A stretch of 64,000 nucleotides of DNA from the human T2T-CHM13v2.0 reference genome, Homo sapiens, in assembly GCF_009914755.1 (NCBI RefSeq), contig NC_060925.1; one strand, given 5' to 3'. Below, piece after piece: positions 28,608-42,443 of this stretch. The notes under the pieces are model-generated. The model made no database searches. It saw only the letters and a program-made list of their open reading frames with translations, and had not been told where the DNA came from. Both the position numbers and the translations under genes were made by a program. Position 1 is the stretch's first letter; every line of letters begins with the position of its first letter.

Positions 28608-31600
28608 ATGGAATCGTCATCGAATGAATTGAATGCAATCATCGAATGGTCTCGAATGGAATCATCTTCTAATGGAAAGGAATGGAATCATCGCATAAAA
28701 TCGAATGGAATTATCATCGAATGGAATCGAATGGTATCAACACCAAACGGAAGAAAACGGAATTATCGAATGGAATCGAAGAGAATCTTCGAACGGACCC
28801 GAATGGAATCATCTAATGGAATGGAATGGAATAATCCATGGACTCGAATGCAATCATCATCGAATGGAATCGAATGGAATCATTGAATGGACTCTAATGG
28901 AATAATCATTGAACGGAATCGATTGGAATCATCATCGGATGGAAACGAATGGAATCATCATCGAATGGAAATGAAAGGAGTCATCATCTAATGGAATTGC
29001 ATGGAATCATCATAAAATGGAATCGAATGGAATCAACATCAAATGGAATCTAATGGAATCATTGAACGGAATTGAATGGAATCGTCATCGAATGAATTGA
29101 CTGCAATCATCCAATGGTCTCGAATGGAATCATCTTCAAATGGAATGGAATGGAATCATCGCATAGAATCGAATGGAATTATCATCGAATGGAATCGAAT
29201 GGAATCAACATCCAACGGAAAAAAACGGAATTATCGAATGGAATCGAAGGGAATCATCGAATGGACCCGAATGGAATCATCTAATGGAATGGAATGGAAT
29301 AATCCATGGACTCGAATGCAATCATCATCGAATGGAATCGAATGGAATCATCGAATGGACTCGAATGGAATAATCATTGAACGGAATCGAATGGAATCAT
29401 CATCGGATGGAAATGAATGGAATCATCATCGAATGGAATCGAATAGAATTATGGAATGAAATCCAGTGTGATCATCATCGAATGGACCCGAATGGAATCA
29501 TCATCCAACGGAAGCTAATGGAATCAACATCGAATGAATCAAATGGAAACACCATCGATTTCAAACGAATGGAATTACCATGAAATTGAAATGGATGGAC
29601 TCATCATCGAATGGATTCGGATGGAATCATCGAATAAAATTGATTGAAATCATCATCGAATGAAATCGAATGGTATCATTGAATGGAATCGAATGGAATC
29701 ATCATCAGATGGAAATGAATGGAATCGTCATAGAATGGAATCGAATGGATTCATTGAATGGAATCAGATGGAATCATCGAATGGACTGGAATGGAATCAT
29801 TGAATGGACTCGAAAGGGATCATGATTGAATGGAATTGAATGGAATCATCGAATGGTCTCGATTGGAATCATTATCAAATGGAATCGAATGGAATCACCG
29901 AATAGAATCGAATGGAACAATCATCGAATGGACTCAAATGGAATTATCCTTAAATGGAATCGAATGGAATTATCGAATGCAATCGAATAGAATCATCGAA
30001 TGGACTCGAATGGAATCATCGAACGGAATGGAATGGAACAGTCAATGAACTCGAATGGAATCATCATTGAATGGAATCGAATGGAATCATCGAGTGGAAT
30101 CGAATGGAATTATGATCAAATGGAATCGAATGTAATCATCATCAAATGGAATCAAAAATAACCATCATCAATTGGTATTGAATGGAATTGTCATCAAATG
30201 GAATTCAAAGGAATCATCATCAAATGGAACCGAATGGAATCCTCATTGAATGGAAATGAAAGGGGTCATCATCTAATGGAATCGCATGGAATCATCGTCA
30301 AATGGAATCGAATGGAATCATCATCAAATGGAATCTAATGGAATCATTGAACAGAATTGAATGGAATCGTCATCGAATGAATTGAATGCAATCATCGAAT
30401 GGTCTCGAATGGAATCATCTTCTAATGGAAAGGAATGGAATCATCGCATAGAATCGAATGGAATTATCATCGAATGGAATCGAATGGTATCAACACCAAA
30501 CGGAAAAAAACGGAATTATCGAATGGAATCGAAGAGAATCTTCGAACGGACCCGAATGGAATCATCTAATGGAATGGAATGGAATAATCCATGGACTCGA
30601 ATGCAATCATCATCGAATGGAATCGAATGGAATCATCGAATGGACTCGAATGGAATAATCATTGAACGGAATCGAATGGAATCATCATCGGATGGAAACG
30701 AATGGAATCATCATCGAATGGAAATGAAAGGAGTCATCATCTAATGGAATTGCATGGAATCATCATAAAATGGAATCGAATGGAATCAACATCAAATGGA
30801 ATCAAATGGAATCATTGAACGGAATTGAATGGAATCGTCATCAAATGAATTGACTGTAATCATCGAATGGTCTCGAATGTAATCAGATTCTAATGGAAAG
30901 GAATGGAATCATCGCATAGAATCGAATGGAATGAACATTGAATGGACTCGAATGGAATCAACATCAAACGGAATCAAGCGGAATTATCGAATGGAATCGA
31001 AGAGAATCATCGAATGGTCTCGAATGGAATCATCTTCTAATGGAAAGGAATGGAATCATCGCATAGAATCGAATGGAATTAACATTGAATGGACTCGAAT
31101 GGAATCAACATCAAATGGAATCAAGCGGAATTATCGAATGAAATCGAAGAGAATCATCGAATGGACTCGAATGGAATCATCTAATGGAATGGAATGGAAT
31201 AATCCACGGACTCGAATGCAATCATCATCGTATAGAATCGAATGGAATCATCGAATGGACTCGAATGGAATAACCATTGAATGGAAGCGAATGGGATCAT
31301 CATCGGATGGAAACGAATGGAATCATCATCGAATGGAAATGTAAGGAGTCATCATCTAATGGAATTGCATGGAATCATCATAAAATGGAATCGAATGGAA
31401 TCATCATCAAATGGAATCAAATGGAATCATTGAACGGAATTGAATGGAATCGTCATCGAATGAATTGAATGCAATCATCGAATGGTCTCGAATGGAATCA
31501 TCTTCAAATGGAATGGAATGGAATCATCGCATAGAATCGAATGGAATTATCATCGAATGGAATCGAATGGTATCAACATCAAACGGAAAAAAACGGAATT

Positions 31601-34600
31601 ATCGAATGGAATCGAAGAGAATCTTCGAACGGACCCGAATGGAATCATCTAATGGAATGGAATGGAATAATCCATGGACTCGAATGCAATTATCATCGAA
31701 TGGAATCGAATGGAATCTTTGAATGGACTCGAATGGAATAATCATTGAACGGAATCGAATGGAATCATCATCGGATGGAAACGAATGGAATCATCATCGA
31801 ATGGAAATGAAAGGAGTCATCATCTAATGGAATTGCATGGAATCATCATAAAATGGAATCGAATGGAATCAACATCAAATGGAATCAAATGGAATCATTG
31901 AACGGAATTGAATGGAATCGTCATCGAATGAATTGAATGCAATCATCGAATGGTCTCGAATGTAATCATCTTCAAATGGAATGGAATGGAATCATCGCAT
32001 AGAATCGAATGGAATTATCATCGAATGGAATCGAATGGAATCAACATCAAACGGAAAAAAACGGAATTATCGAATGGAATCGAAGAGAATCATCGAATGG
32101 ACACGAATGGAATCATCTAATGGAATGGAATGGAATAATCCATGGACTCGAATGCAATCATCATCGAATGGAATCGAATGGAATCATCGAATGGACTCGA
32201 ATGGAATAATCATTGAAGGGAATCGAATGGAATCATCATCGGATGGAAATGAATGGAATCATCATCGAATGGAATCGAATAGAATTATGGAATGAAATCC
32301 AGTGTGATCATCATCGAATGGACCCGAATGGAATCATCATCCAACGGAAGCTAATGGAATCAACATCGAATGAATCGAATGGAAACACCATCGAATTGAA
32401 ACGAATGGAATTATCATGAAATTGAAATGGATGGACTCATCATCGAATGGATTCGAATTGAATCATCGAATAAAATTGATTGAAATCATCATCGAATGGA
32501 ATCGAATGGTATCATTGAATGGAATCGAAAGGAATCATCATCAGATGGAAATGAATGGAATCGTCATAGAATGGAATCGAATGGATTCATTGAATGGAAT
32601 CAGATGGAATCATCGAATGGACTGGAATGGAATCATTGAATGGACTCGAAAGAGATCATGATTGAATGGAATTGAATGGAATCATCGAATGGTCTCGATT
32701 GGAATCATTATCAAATGGAATCGAATGGAATCACCGAATGGAATCGAATGGAACAATCATCGAATGGACTCAAATGGAATTATCCTCAAATGGAATCGAA
32801 TGGAATTATCGAATGCAATCGAATGGAATTATCGAATGCAATCGAATAGAATCATCGAAAGGACTCGAATGGAATCATCGAATGGAATGGAATGGAACAG
32901 TCAATGAACTCGAATGGAATCATCATTGAATGGAATCGAATGGAATCATCGAGTGGAATCGAATGGAATTATGATCAAATGGAATCGAATGTAATCATCA
33001 TCAAATGGAATCAAAAATAACAATCATCAATTGGTATTGAATGGAATTGTCATCAAATGGAATTCAAAGGAATCATCATCAAATGGAACCGAATGGAATC
33101 CTCATTGAATGGAAATGAAAGAGGTCATCATCTAATGGAATCGCATGGAATCATCATCAAATGGAATCGAATGGAATCATCATCAAATGGAATCTAATGG
33201 AATCATTGAACAGAATTGAATGGAATCGTCATCGAATGAATTGAATGCAATCATCGAATGGTCTCGAATGGAATCATCTTCTAATGGAAAGGAATGGAAT
33301 CATCGCATAGAATCGAATGGAATTATCATCGAATGGAATCGAATGGTATCAACACCAAACGGAAAAAAACGGAATTATCGAATGGAATCGAAAAGAATCT
33401 TCGAACGGACCCGAATGGAATCATCTAATGGAATGGAATGGAATAATCCATGGACTCGAATGCAATCATCATCGAATGGAATCGAATGGAATCATCGAAT
33501 GGACTCGAATGGAATAATCATTGAACGGAATCGAATGGAATCATCATCGGATGGAAACGAATGGAATCATCATCGAATGGAAATGAAAGGAGTCATCATC
33601 TAATGCAATTGCATGGAATCATCATCAAATGGAATCGAATGGAATCAACATCAAATGGAATCTAATGGAATCATTGAACAGAATTGAATGGAATCGTCAT
33701 CGAATGAATTGACTGCAATCATCGAATGGTCTCGAATGGAATCATCTTCAAATGGAATGGAATGGAATCATCGAATAGAATCGAATGGAATTATCATCGA
33801 ATGGAATCGAATGGAATCAACATCAAACGGAAAAAAACGGAATTATCGAATGGAATCGAAGAGAATCATCGAATGGACCCGAATGGAATCATCTAATGGA
33901 ATGGAATGGAATAATCCATGGACTCGAATGCAATCATCATCGAATGGAATCGAATGGAATCATCGAATGGACTCGAATGGAATAATCATTGAACGGAATC
34001 GAATGGAATCATCATCGGATGGAAATGAATAGAATCATCATCGAATGGAATCGAATAGAATTATGGAATGAAATCCAGTGTGATCATCATCGAATGGACC
34101 CGAATGGAATCATCATCCAACAGAAGCTAATGGAATCAACATCGAATGAATCGAATGGAAACACCATCGAATTGAAACGAATGGAATTACCATGAAATTG
34201 AAATGGATGGACTCATCATCGAATGGATTCGGATGGAATCATCGAATAAAATTGATTGAAATCATCATCGAATGAAATCGAATGGTATCATTGAATGGAA
34301 TCGAATGGAATCATCATCAGATGGAAATGAATGGAATCGTCATAGAATGGAATCGAATGGATTCATTGAATGGAATCAGATGGAATCATCGAATGGACTG
34401 GAATGGAATCATTGAATGGACTCGAAAGGGATCATGATTGAATGGAATTGAATGGAATCATCGAATGGTCTCGATTGGAATCATTATCAAATGGAATCGA
34501 ATGGAATCACCGAATAGAATCGAATGGAACAATCATCGAATGGACTCAAATGGAATTATCCTTAAATGGAATCGAATGGAATTATCGAATGCAATCGAAT

Positions 34601-37600
34601 AGAATCATCGAATGGACTCGAATGGAATCATCGAACGGAATGGAATGGAACAGTCAATGAACTCGAATGGAATCATCATTGAATGGAATCGAATGGAATC
34701 ATCGAGTGGAATCGAATGGAATTATGATCAAATGGAATCGAATGTAATCATCATCAAATGGAATCAAAAATAACCATCATCAATTGGTATTGAATGGAAT
34801 TGTCATCAAATGGAATTCAAAGGAATCATCATCAAATGGAACCGAATGGAATCCTCATTGAATGGAAATGAAAGGGGTCATCATCTAATGGAATCGCATG
34901 GAATCATCATCAAATGGAATCGAATGGAATCATCATCAAATGGAATCTAATGGAATCATTGAACAGAATTGAATGGAATCGTCATCGAATGAATTGAATG
35001 CAATCATCGAATGGTCTCGAATGGAATCATCTTCTAATGGAAAGGAATGGAATCATCGCATAGAATCGAATGGAATTATCATCGAATGGAATCGAATGGT
35101 ATCAACACCAAACGGAAAAAAACGGAATTATCGAATGGAATCGAAGAGAATCTTCGAACGGACCCGAATGGAATCATCTAATGGAATGGAATGGAATAAT
35201 CCATGGACTCGAATGCAATCATCATCGAATGGAATCGAATGGAATCATCGAATGGACTCGAATGGAATAATCATTGAACGGAATCGAATGGAATCATCAT
35301 CGGATGGAAACGAATGGAATCATCATCGAATGGAAATGAAAGGAGTCATCATCTAATGGAATTGCATGGAATCATCATAAAATGGAATCGAATGGAATCA
35401 ACATCAAATGGAATCAAATGGAATCATTGAACGGAATTGAATGGAATCGTCATCGAATGAATTGACTGCAATCATCGAATGGTCTCGAATGTAATCAGAT
35501 TCTAATGGAAAGGAATGGAATCATCGCATAGAATCGAATGGAATTAACATTGAATGGACTCGAATGGAATCAACATCAAACGGAAAAAAACGGAATTATC
35601 GAATGGAATCGAAGAGAATCATCGAATGGTCTCGAATGGAATCATATTCTAATGGAAAGGAATGGAATTATCGCATAGAATCGAATGGAATTAACATTGA
35701 ATGGACTCGAATGGAATCAACATCAAATGGAATCAAGCGGAATTATCGAATGAAATCGAAGAGAATCATCGAATGGACTCGAATGGAATCATCTAATGGA
35801 ATGGAATGGAATAATCCACGGACTCGAATGCAATCATCATCGTATAGAATCGAATGGAATCATCGAATGGACTCGAATGGAATAACCATTGAACGGAAGC
35901 GAATGGAATCATCATCGGATGGAAACGAATGGAATCATCATCGAATGGAAATGTAAGGAGTCATCATCTAATGGAATTGCATGGAATCATCATAAAATGG
36001 AATCGAATGGAATCATCATCAAATGGAATCAAATGGAATCATTGAACGGAATTGAATGGAATCGTCATCGAATGAATTGAATGCAATCATCGAATGGTTT
36101 CGAATGGAATCATCTTCAAATGGAATGGAATGGAATCATCGCATAGAATCGAATGGAATTATCATCGAATGGAATCGAATGGTATCAACATCAAACGGAA
36201 AAAAACGGAATTATCGAATGGAATCGAAGAGAATCTTCGAACGGACCCTAATGGAATCATCTAATGGAATGGAATGGAATAATCAATGGACTCGAATGCA
36301 ATTATCATCAAATGGAATCGAATGGAATCTTTGAATGGACTCGAATGGAATAATCATTGAACGGAATCGAATGGAATCATCATCGGATGGAAACGAATGG
36401 AATCATCATCGAATGGAAATGAAAGGAGTCATCATCTAATGGAATTGCATGGAATCATCATAAAATGGAATCGAATGGAATCAACATCAAATGGAATCAA
36501 ATGGAATCATTGAACGGAATTGAATGGAATCGTCATCGAATGAATTGAATGCAATCATCGAATGGTCTCGAATGGAATCATCTTCAAATGGAATGGAATG
36601 GAATCATCGCATAGAATCGAATGGAATTATCATCGAATGGAATCGAATGGAATCAACATCAAACGGAAAAAAACGGAATTATCGAATGGAATCGAAGAGA
36701 ATCATCGAATGGACCCGAATGGAATCATCTAATGGAATGGAATGGAATAATCCATGGACTCGAATGCAATCATCATCGAATGGAATCGAATGGAATCATC
36801 GAATGGACTCGAATGGAATAATCATTGAAGGGAATCGAATGGAATCATCATCGGATGGAAATGAATGGAATCATCATCGAATGGAATCGAATAGAATTAT
36901 GGAATGAAATCCAGTGTGATCATCATCGAATGGACCCGAATGGAATCATCATCCAACGGAAGCTAATGGAATCAACATCGAATGAATCGAATGGAAACAC
37001 CATCGAATTGAAACGAATGGAATTATCATGAAATTGAAATGGATGGACTCATCATCGAATGGATTCGAATGGAATCATCGAATAAAATTGATTGAAATCA
37101 TCATCCAATGGAATCGAATGGTATCATTGAATGGAATCGAATGGAATCATCATCAGATGGAAATGAATGGAATCGTCATAGAATGGAATCGAATGGATTC
37201 ATTGAATGGAATCAGATGGAATCATCGAATGGACTGGAATGGAATCATTGAATGGACTCGAAAGGGATCATGATTGAATGGAATTGAATGGAATCATCGA
37301 ATGGTCTCGATTGGAATCATTATCAAATGGAATCGAATGGAATCACCGAATAGAATCGAATGGAACAATCATCGAATGGACTCAAATGGAATTATCCTCA
37401 AATGGAATCGAATGGAATTATCGAATGCAATCGAATGGAATTATCGAATGCAATCGAATAGAATCATCGAATGGACTCGAATGGAATCATCGAATGGAAT
37501 GGAATGGAACAGTCAATGAACTCGAATGGAATCATCATTGAATGGAATCGAATGGAATCATCGAGTGGAACCGAATGGAATTATGATCAAATGGAATCGA

Positions 37601-40600
37601 ATGTAATCATCATCAAATGGAATCAAAAATAACCATCATCAATTGGTATTGAATGGAATTGTCATCAAATGGAATTCAAAGGAATCATCATCAAATGGAA
37701 CCGAATGGAATCCTCATTGAATGGAAATGAAAGGGGTCATCATCTAATGGAATCGCATGGAATCATCATCAAATGGAATCGAATGGAATCATCATCAAAT
37801 GGAATCTAATGGAATCATTGAACAGAATTGAATGGAATCGTCATCGAATGAATTGAATGCAATCATCGAATGGTCTCGAATGGAATCATCTTCTAATGGA
37901 AAGGAATGGAATCATCGCATAGAATCGAATGGAATTATCATCGAATGGAATCGAATGGTATCAACACCAAACGGAAAAAAACGGAATTATCGAATGGAAT
38001 CGAAGAGAATCTTCGAACGGACCCGAATGGAATCATCTAATGGAATGGAATGGAATAATCCATGGACTCGAATGCAATCATCATCGAATGGAATCAAATG
38101 GAATCATCGAATGGACTCGAATGGAATAATCATTGAACGGAATCGAATGGAATCATCATCGGATGGAAACGAATGGAATCATCATCGAATGGAAATGAAA
38201 GGAGTCATCATCTAATGGAATTGCATGGAATCATCATAAAATGGAATCGAATGGAATCAACATCAAATGGAATCAAATGGAATCATTGAACGGAATTGAA
38301 TGGAATCGTCATCGAATGAATTGAATGCAATCATCGAATGGTCTCGAATGGAATCATCTTCAAATGGAATGGAATGGAATCATCGCATAGAATCGAATGG
38401 AATTATCATCGAATGGAATCGAATGGAATCAACATCAAACGGAAAAAAACGGAATTATCGAATGGAATCGAAGAGAATCATCGAATGGACCCGAATGGAA
38501 TCATCTAATGGAATGGAATGGAATAATCCATGGACACGAATGCAATCATCATCGAATGGAATCGAATGGAATCATCGAATGGACTCGAATGGAATAATCA
38601 TTGAACGGAATCGAATGGAATCATCATCGGATGGAAATGAATGGAATCATCATCGAATGGAATCGAATAGAATTATGGAATGAAATCCAGTGTGATCATC
38701 ATCGAATGGACCCGAATGGAATCATCATCCAACAGAAGCTAATGGAATCAACATCGAATGAATCGAATGGAAACACCATCGAATTCAAAGGAATGGAATT
38801 ACCATGAAATTGAAATGGATGGACTCATCATCGAATGGATTCGGATGGAATCATCGAATAAAATTGATTGAAATCATCATCGAATGAAATCGAATGGTAT
38901 CATTGAATGGAATCGAATGGAATCATCATCAGATGGAAATGAATGGAATCGTCATAGAATGGAATCGAATGGATTCATTGAATGGAATCAGATGGAATCA
39001 TCGAATGGACTGGAATGGAATTATTGAATGGACTCGAAAGGGATCATGATTGAATGGAATTGAATGGAATCATCGAATGGTCTCGATTGGAATCATTATC
39101 AAATGGAATCGAATGGAATCACCGAATAGAATCGAATGGAACAATCATCGAATGGACTCAAATGGAATTATCCTTAAATGGAATCGAATGGAATTATCGA
39201 ATGCAATCGAATAGAATCATCGAATGGACTCGAATGGAATCATCGAACGGAATGGAATGGAACAGTCAATGAACTCGAATGGAATCATCATTGAATGGAA
39301 TCGAATGGAATCATCGAGTGGAATCGAATGGAATTATGATCAAATGGAATCGAATGTAATCATCATCAAATGGAATCAAAAATAACCATCATCAATTGGT
39401 ATTGAATGGAATTGTCATCAAATGGAATTCAAAGGAATCATCATCAAATGGAACCGAATGGAATCCTCATTGAATGGAAATGAAAGGGGTCATCATCTAA
39501 TGGAATCGCATGGAATCATCATCAAATGGAATCGAATGGAATCATCATCAAATGGAATCTAATGGAATCATTGAACAGAATTGAATGGAATCGTCATCGA
39601 ATGAATTGAATGCAATCATCGAATGGTCTCGAATGGAATCATCTTCTAATGGAAAGGAATGGAATCATCGCATAGAATCGAATGGAATTATCATCGAATG
39701 GAATCGAATGGTATCAACACCAAACGGAAAAAAACGGAATTATCGAATGGAATCGAAGAGAATCTTCGAACGGACCCGAATGGAATCATCTAATGGAATG
39801 GAATGGAATAATCCATGGACTCGAATGCAATCATCATCGAATGGAATCGAATGGAATCATCGAATGGACTCGAATGGAATAATCATTGAACGGAATCGAA
39901 TGGAATCATCATCGGATGGAAACGAATGGAATCATCATCGAATGGAAATGAAAGGAGCCATCATCTAATGGAATTGCATGGAATCATCATAAAATGGAAT
40001 CGAATGGAATCAACATCAAATGGAATCAAATGGAATCATTGAACGGAATTGAATGGAATCGTCATCGAATGAATTGACTGCAATCATCGAATGGTCTCGA
40101 ATGTAATCAGATTCTAATGGAAAGGAATGGAATCATCGCATAGAATCGAATGGAATTAACATTGAATGGACTCGAATGGAATCAACATCAAACGGAATCA
40201 AGCGGAATTATCGAATGGAATCGAAGAGAATCATCGAATGGTCTCGAATGGAATCATATTCTAATGGAAAGGAATGGAATTATCGCATAGAATCGAATGG
40301 AATTAACATTGAATGGACTCGAATGGAATCAACATCAAATGGAATCAAGCGGAATTATCGAATGAAATCGAAGAGAATCATCGAATGGACTCGAATGGAA
40401 TCATCTAATGGAATGGAATGGAATAATCCACGGACTCGAATGCAATCATCATCGTATAGAATCGAATGGAATCATCGAATGGACTCGAATGGAATAACCA
40501 TTGAACGGAAGCGAATGGAATCATCATCGGATGGAAACGAATGGAATCATCATCGAATGGAAATGTAAGGAGTCATCATCTAATGGAATTGCATGGAATC

Positions 40601-42443
40601 ATCATAAAATGGAATCGAATGGAATCATCATCAAATGGAATCAAATGGAATCATTGAACGGAATTGAATGGAATCGTCATCGAATGAATTGAATGCAATC
40701 ATCGAATGGTCTCGAATGGAATCATCTTCAAATGGAATGGAATGGAATCATCGCATAGAATCGAATGGAATTATCATCGAATGGAATCGAATGGTATCAA
40801 CATCAAACGGAAAAAAACGGAATTATCGAATGGAATCGAAGAGAATCTTCGAACGGACCCGAATGGAATCATCTAATGGAATGGAATGGAATAATCCATG
40901 GACTCGAATGCAATTATCATCGAATGGAATCGAATGGAATCTTTGAATGGACTCGAATGGAATAATCATTGAACGGAATCGAATGGAATCATCATCGGAT
41001 GGAAACGAATGGAATCATCATCGAATGGAAATGAAAAGAGTCATCATCTAATGGAATTGCATGGAATCATCATAAAATGGAATCGAATGGAATCAACATC
41101 AAATGGAATCAAATGGAATCATTGAACGGAATTGAATGGAATCGTCATCGAATGAATTGAATGCAATCATCGAATGGTCTCGAATGGAATCATCTTCAAA
41201 TGGAATGGAATGGAATCATCGCATAGAATCGAATGGAATTATCATCGAATGGAATCGAATGGAATCAACATCAAACGGAAAAAAACGGAATTATCGAATG
41301 GAATCGAAGAGAATCATAGAATGGTCCCGAATGGAATCGTCTAATGGAATGGAATGGAATAATCCATGGACTCGAATGCAATCATCATCGAATGGAATCG
41401 AATGGAATCATCGAATGGACTCGAATGGAATAATCATCGAACGGAATCGAATGGAATCATCATCGGATGGAAATGAATAGAATCATCATCGAATGGAATC
41501 GAATAGAATTATGGAATGAAATCCAGTGTGATCATCATCGAATGGACCCGAATGGAATCATCATCCAACGGAAGCTAATGGAATCAACATCGAATGAATC
41601 GAATGGAAACACCATCGAATTGAAACGAATGGAATTATCATGAAATTGAAATGGATGGACTCATCATCGAATGGATTCGAATGGAATCATCGAATAAAAT
41701 TGATTGAAATCATCATCAAATGGAATCGAATGGTATCATTGAATGGAATCGAATGGAATCATCATCAGATGGAAATGAATGGAATCGTCATAGAATGGAA
41801 TCGAATGGATTCATTGAATGGAATCAGATGGAATCATCGAATGGACTGGAATGGAATCATTGAATGGACTCGAAAGGGATCATGATTGAATGGAATTGAA
41901 TGGAATCATCGAATGGTCTCGATTGGAATCATTATCAAATGGAATCGAATGGAATCACCGAATAGAATCGAATGGAACAATCATCGAATGGAGTCAAATG
42001 GAATTATCCTCAAATGGAATCGAATGGAATTATCGAATGCAATCGAATGGAATTATCGAATGCAATCGAATAGAATCATCGAATGGGCTCGAATGGAATC
42101 ATCGAATGGAATGGAATGGAACAGTCAATGAACTCGAATGGAATCATCATTGAATGGAATCGAATGCAATCATCGAGTGGAATCGAATGGAATTATGATC
42201 AAATGCAATCGAATGTAATCATCATCAAATGGAATCAAAAATAACCATCATCAATTGGTATTGAATGGAATTGTCATCAAATGGAATTCAAAGGAATCAT
42301 CACCAAATGGAACCGAAAGGAATCCTCATTGAATGGAAATGAAAGGGGTCATCATCTAATGGAATCGCATGGAATCATCATCAAATGGAATCGAATGGAA
42401 TCATCATCAGATGGAATCTAATGGAATCATTGAACAGAATTGA
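28608..42443 (+). repeat. 4612-bp higher-order repeat x3: A(468)-B(1285)-A(468)-A'(615)-A(468)-B(1308)
   Basis: Equivalent starts are 28608/33220/37832, 30361/34973/39585 and 31444/36056/40668, all 4612 bp apart. Shared markers: CCTTAAAT, GTAATCAGATTC, AATAACCATT, ATGTAAGGAG, GGAATCTTTGAATG. Confidence 0.93.
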
